Assembly (NCBI RefSeq): GCF_009914755.1
Contig: NC_060940.1
Direction: 5' to 3' (one strand)
Length of the DNA: 64,000 nt
From: the human T2T-CHM13v2.0 reference genome, Homo sapiens
Shown: positions 59,795 to 64,000 of the stretch, in pieces
How the letters are laid out: each line of letters begins with the position of its first letter
How positions within the stretch are numbered: the first letter of the stretch is position 1
The notes under the pieces: model-generated
Database searches by the model: none
Seen by the model: only the letters and a program-made list of their open reading frames with translations
What the model was told of the DNA's origin: nothing
Program-made: the position numbers and the translations under genes

Positions 59795-60240
59795 ATAATA
59801 AAGTTGTGTGATAGACAACACAAAATCTCAGTAGAATAATAAGCAGTTATGCTCAGATATCAGGGATGGTCCTGTAGGCAGCTTCTCTGTTTCTCACTTG
59901 GTGTACTCAGATATCTGGAGTTTGGCTAGCTGTCAGCTGATTAGAATGGCCTTGATTAGAATGGTTGGAGTGACTCACCTCTGTGTGTCTCTCTTCCTCC
60001 TCCTGGGGCCACTGGCTTAGCCCAGGTATGTCCTTCACATGGCAATAAAGAGGGAAAGAGTGAAGAAGCCCAAGAGCCCTTCTAACCCTCCTTTTGTGTG
60101 ATGCCTGTTAAGATTCACTTGGCCCAAAGCAAACATGGCTGAACTCAGACTCAGAAAGGAAAGGCACTACAAAGTAGATGGCAAAGGGGATAGAACCACG
60201 AAGTGTTGAAGAATTGGGACCATTATTATCATCTGCAATA
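59795..60240 (-). mobile_element. MaLR LTR (MLT1I/J-like)
   Basis: caaaatctcagt...ttggcccaaagcaaacatggctgaactcag...gaagaattgggacca. Confidence 0.65.
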
Positions 60241-62600
60241 TATTTAATTTTTACAAAAGCTACAATACAAAAAAAAATTATTTCTACAGTGACCTCAACT
60301 GCTCCTGTTTTTATTTCTCTATCAGAATCTTAGAATTTATTTTCTCCTTTCTCTTTCATGGTTATCATTCTGTACCCTTTAATTTAGCTACCGCCGCATA
60401 TAATCATTGTACTACTCCTTGGGGTCACCCAAGTGTATAGTTTGTGGGGAGAATGATACTTTCCTTGCCTGGAAGACCCCTTCCCCTGCAGGAAAATCAA
60501 GGTAAAATAGAGAAAAGGATGATATAATAGGATGAAAAGAAGTCTGCATTGTGGAATTATATTTTTTTAATCTTATAGCTTTTATTTAACATTTAGGAGT
60601 TTAGGAATGTGTTTGTATACTTCACTCCCCAATTTCTTCCAATGTACTGTGAAAGCCAACATCACTTTAGCTTGGAACACCATTTGGTAGATCATATTTG
60701 ATAACATATTTGAGAGTCCCAGGCCAGCATTTTGATTCCCGTGTGACAAATAAAGGTAAACACATTTTTCTTCTCAACTCTCCCTCTCTGTGTAGATAGA
60801 AACATATAGGTTACTTTTTTTTTTCTAGCACGTGTACATGCCTCAGGCCTAAAAAGAATTTATCTCAATGAAAAAAGCTCTTTTACTTTTCTTCCATTTC
60901 AGAAACTATTACCAGGATACAATTATGAGCCATTCTTTTCATTAAAATACCGAACTTTGCCAATCTGTTTTGATTTTTAATTGTATCTTTTACAACATGA
61001 TGCCAAAGTGCTTTCTTCTCTAGCATCGGCCAAGAAAGGAATGTAGAGACAGGTACATAAAAGGGTAGCCTGACTGTCTTGTCCATTTGGGAATTGTGTC
61101 TTGCCATCTGCTTTTAGATGTATTCTGTTTTCTGTTAAAAATCCAAGTACCCTCTAGCCATAGATTCCACACAGAGCTTCTAATAAGGTGAACTTTGCTT
61201 TAGGATTTCTCTGTTGTGGATGAAGTATTCCCTTCCTGCTGAGGTCACCCTTCTTGATCCAGGTGCTGATTTTTTGTGCTGCTCTTGATTTACTTATATT
61301 GATACTGGAGTCCTTGGTATGTGTTATATTGAAATATTACTAATGTATGAACTGTAACATTAAATTTCTAATCTAATCAATCAATGGCATATATATGCAG
61401 TAGATGCTTGGCTAGTAAAAAGATTAATTACCATGTGCAATGAAAACTAACTCTCTATAAGGTGAAATACTGCATGTCTCTCACAGAAAGATGGAAGCCT
61501 GAACACTGTGTTAAGCTAATGACTACTTCTGCCATTCAACCATATGGATTGCCTTTAAGACAAACTGAAATGAAGATTAAAGGCATGTAAAATCAACTCT
61601 CTATTAAAGCAGTTAGGGCTTTTCTCCAGATTCAACAGAAAAATTATGCAATCTGTTGTGAAACCAGGCACTTGTCTCCCAGATGGTGCCCAGAATCTAT
61701 CTAAGCAAACACTTCTTCCCTGTTCTGTGTAACAAACTGGGCATATTTTTTATTTTCTGTGCTTGATTATGCATCTGAAGACATTTACACGGGAAGGATC
61801 TTGTAGAGTTGTTGTGGATTTGGGTTGTAAAACTTCACAATATTGTGGTGTTATACATTTTTGAGAGCAAACCTGAAGTTATAAAGTAAAAGATGATGTC
61901 ATTTTCTGAGATGTACTATGTCCCTGATTTTTTAGCTTTTCTTTTCCAAAAATATTCTGCATGCTACTATTCAGAAAGTAAGGCCATGAATCTCTCAGAT
62001 TGTTGATAATCTCCTGTTAATTAATGTGGACATGATTGCTTTTTTGGAGGCCTATTGTGAAATAAATTATTGGTAGTAGGGTACATGATTTTAATTATTA
62101 TTGGGAGAATTTTGTACAGAAAGATTTTTATCATTTGAATGAATGCCTGAAACAGTTATAATTTTTTTCTAGATGTACAGCAAATATTCTTGTTTTATAT
62201 ATATGAAATCCTGATTGTTGGTGAACAATATTGGGCATAAAGATTAGGCTACATTCTCCTCGACATCTTTTCCACCTATTTTACTTGGTTCTCCTTGCTT
62301 TCTTCATATCCAGCATTCAATCTTGTCTTTCTTTGGCTTGACTGACTCCTTGCATCCTCATGCTCACCTCAGATTACACAAAGAGTTTCTCATTACTTAG
62401 AATTGAGTTAGGTGCATGTTATTTTCTTCTAAGGTCCCTGGAATTTACTGTTTCAGACATAGCACATTGTCTGCTGCAAAAAGTGAGTCTATAAAGAAGA
62501 CAAATGAACTGTATTTAAACTTTATCTTCTATTTCTTCAGTCTTTAGCCAGCAAAATTTTGGTCCATGATAGGCACTCATATATTTTTGTTTGCTTGCTT

Positions 62601-62720
62601 GCTTGATTGGCTATATATCAATGAATAATGAATGAATACATGAATAAATTGAAGACATCAGCTTGATTGGCTATATGTCAATGAATAAGGAATGAATAAA
62701 TGAATAAATTAATGGCATCA
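62601..62720. repeat. 60-bp tandem duplication (about 90% identity) at an L2 3' tail
   Basis: gcttgattggctatat(a/g)tcaatgaataa...catca repeated twice. Confidence 0.92.
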
Positions 62721-62729
62721 CTTGTCATT

Positions 62730-62843
62730 GATTTATTATATATAAAATATATATAATACATAGTAAATATAAGAAATATATAAATATATAATATATAGTA
62801 AATATAAATATATATAAGAAATATATATACACATATATATATT
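62730..62843. repeat. (TA)-rich low-complexity tract
   Basis: Seen directly. Confidence 0.9.
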
Positions 62844-64000
62844 TCTGCTTTTGACATGTAAAGACCTTGGAAACATTGCTCCCACCCTTACAACAAGAAA
62901 AAAAATAGCTGAACAAACTGAAAATCAATGACTTTTCCTAAATACTTCTGAGAATTGAGGTCACACAACAAATCACCACCCCAAAAACTGGGGAGGCAGG
63001 CTAATACAGAGAATATATACCAATCTACTTGAAGCAGAAATCACAAGAGCCTGGAACTGATAGAAACATTTAAATGTATTGCTGAAGGCTGACTATGGAC
63101 TAGTTTAGAAGTTAAAACTCTGGAGGGGGCCAAGCAAAGGGAGGCCCCCACACTTTTGTAGGTTTTACCTCCAGGAGCCCCACCAAGTTTTCATGGTGAA
63201 AATTGGAGAAAAATCCCCTCAAGTTTGGTCAGGGTGAAGGTGAAAGTAACAATTATGAAATATGCCCAGATCTTCCTGTAAAACAAAGGCATACTCAGAA
63301 AGAGAGAAGACTTCATCAGAGCATTAGGTACATGAGGGAAGCAAAATGCCCAAATCCAGCTTTCTGTACCGTCTATCTCCCTTAAGACGGGAAAATGCTA
63401 AGAAGCACTTGCAAGGGCCACAGCCTATAAACACAGGACACTAAAAGACTAAGACCTAAATATAAAATTTTGGAATCCTCTCCTCCCCCCCACACCTTAC
63501 CACCACATCAACAGGAGTCCTGTATAACAGTGGGATATAACTGCAGTACCTGCAAGGCTAGGACTCTAAGAAGGACTTTCTAAGGGAAACCCACAAATAA
63601 CAAAGGAGACAAAATCAAGGATACAAGAGTAAATTTGAGCTTTTGACATCTGTAGATGCAGCAAAGAGTAAACATAGCTAACTCTTAAAAAGATAAACTC
63701 TCACCCAAAGATCTATCTACCTCATTTCCTTTTACTATATAAATTATGTTCAGTTTTCGATAAAAATTACAAGACAGCTAAAAGGCAAGAAAAAAAACAA
63801 AATCAGAAAAGAAAAAGTAAATATCAGGACTGGACTCAGATATGGCAAAGATTTTGTAATGGTCACGCCAATAAACAAAGACTGATATTCTAAAGGATAT
63901 AATTTAAAAAATATAAAATATGCAAGAAGTAATGAGTAATATAAGAGAAGTTATGAAACTTTTAGGAAAATATCAAAAGAAAATGTTAGACACAACAAAA
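62844..64000 (+). mobile_element. Ancient L1M 5' end (L1MCa/L1MDa-like 5' UTR into ORF1), runs off the window
   Basis: ccttacaacaagaaaaaaaatagctgaacaaactgaaaatcaatgacttttc matches old L1M 5'-end consensus as I recall it; A-rich ORF1-like tail. Confidence 0.65.

Overview
AT-rich, repeat-dense primate genomic DNA, almost certainly human, because it carries a near-consensus AluYa5-lineage insertion. It looks intergenic or deep-intronic. I recognise no host protein-coding gene. The ORFs in the track derive from Alu, L1, Tigger1 or low-complexity sequence, or are chance frames. Repeats include about 18 Alu/FLAM/FRAM elements, several L1 fragments of different ages, many L2 and MIR relics, MaLR and ERVL LTRs, a decayed ERVL gag-pol internal segment, a near full-length Tigger1, a MADE1 hairpin, and MER53/MER58/MER5 elements. 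The most interesting non-repeat signals are (i) a set of + strand exon-like units with good splice sites (16181-16235, 48360-48447, 53065-53152, possibly 60903-61052) that could belong to a spliced lncRNA or microprotein transcript, (ii) an AT-rich but CpG-retaining block at 15.5-16.3 kb, and (iii) several repeat-free blocks dense in homeodomain-type motifs that look like conserved enhancers. I found no convincing evidence of a wholly new biological system. Repeat subfamily names and the boundaries of old repeats come from remembered consensus sequences and are approximate.
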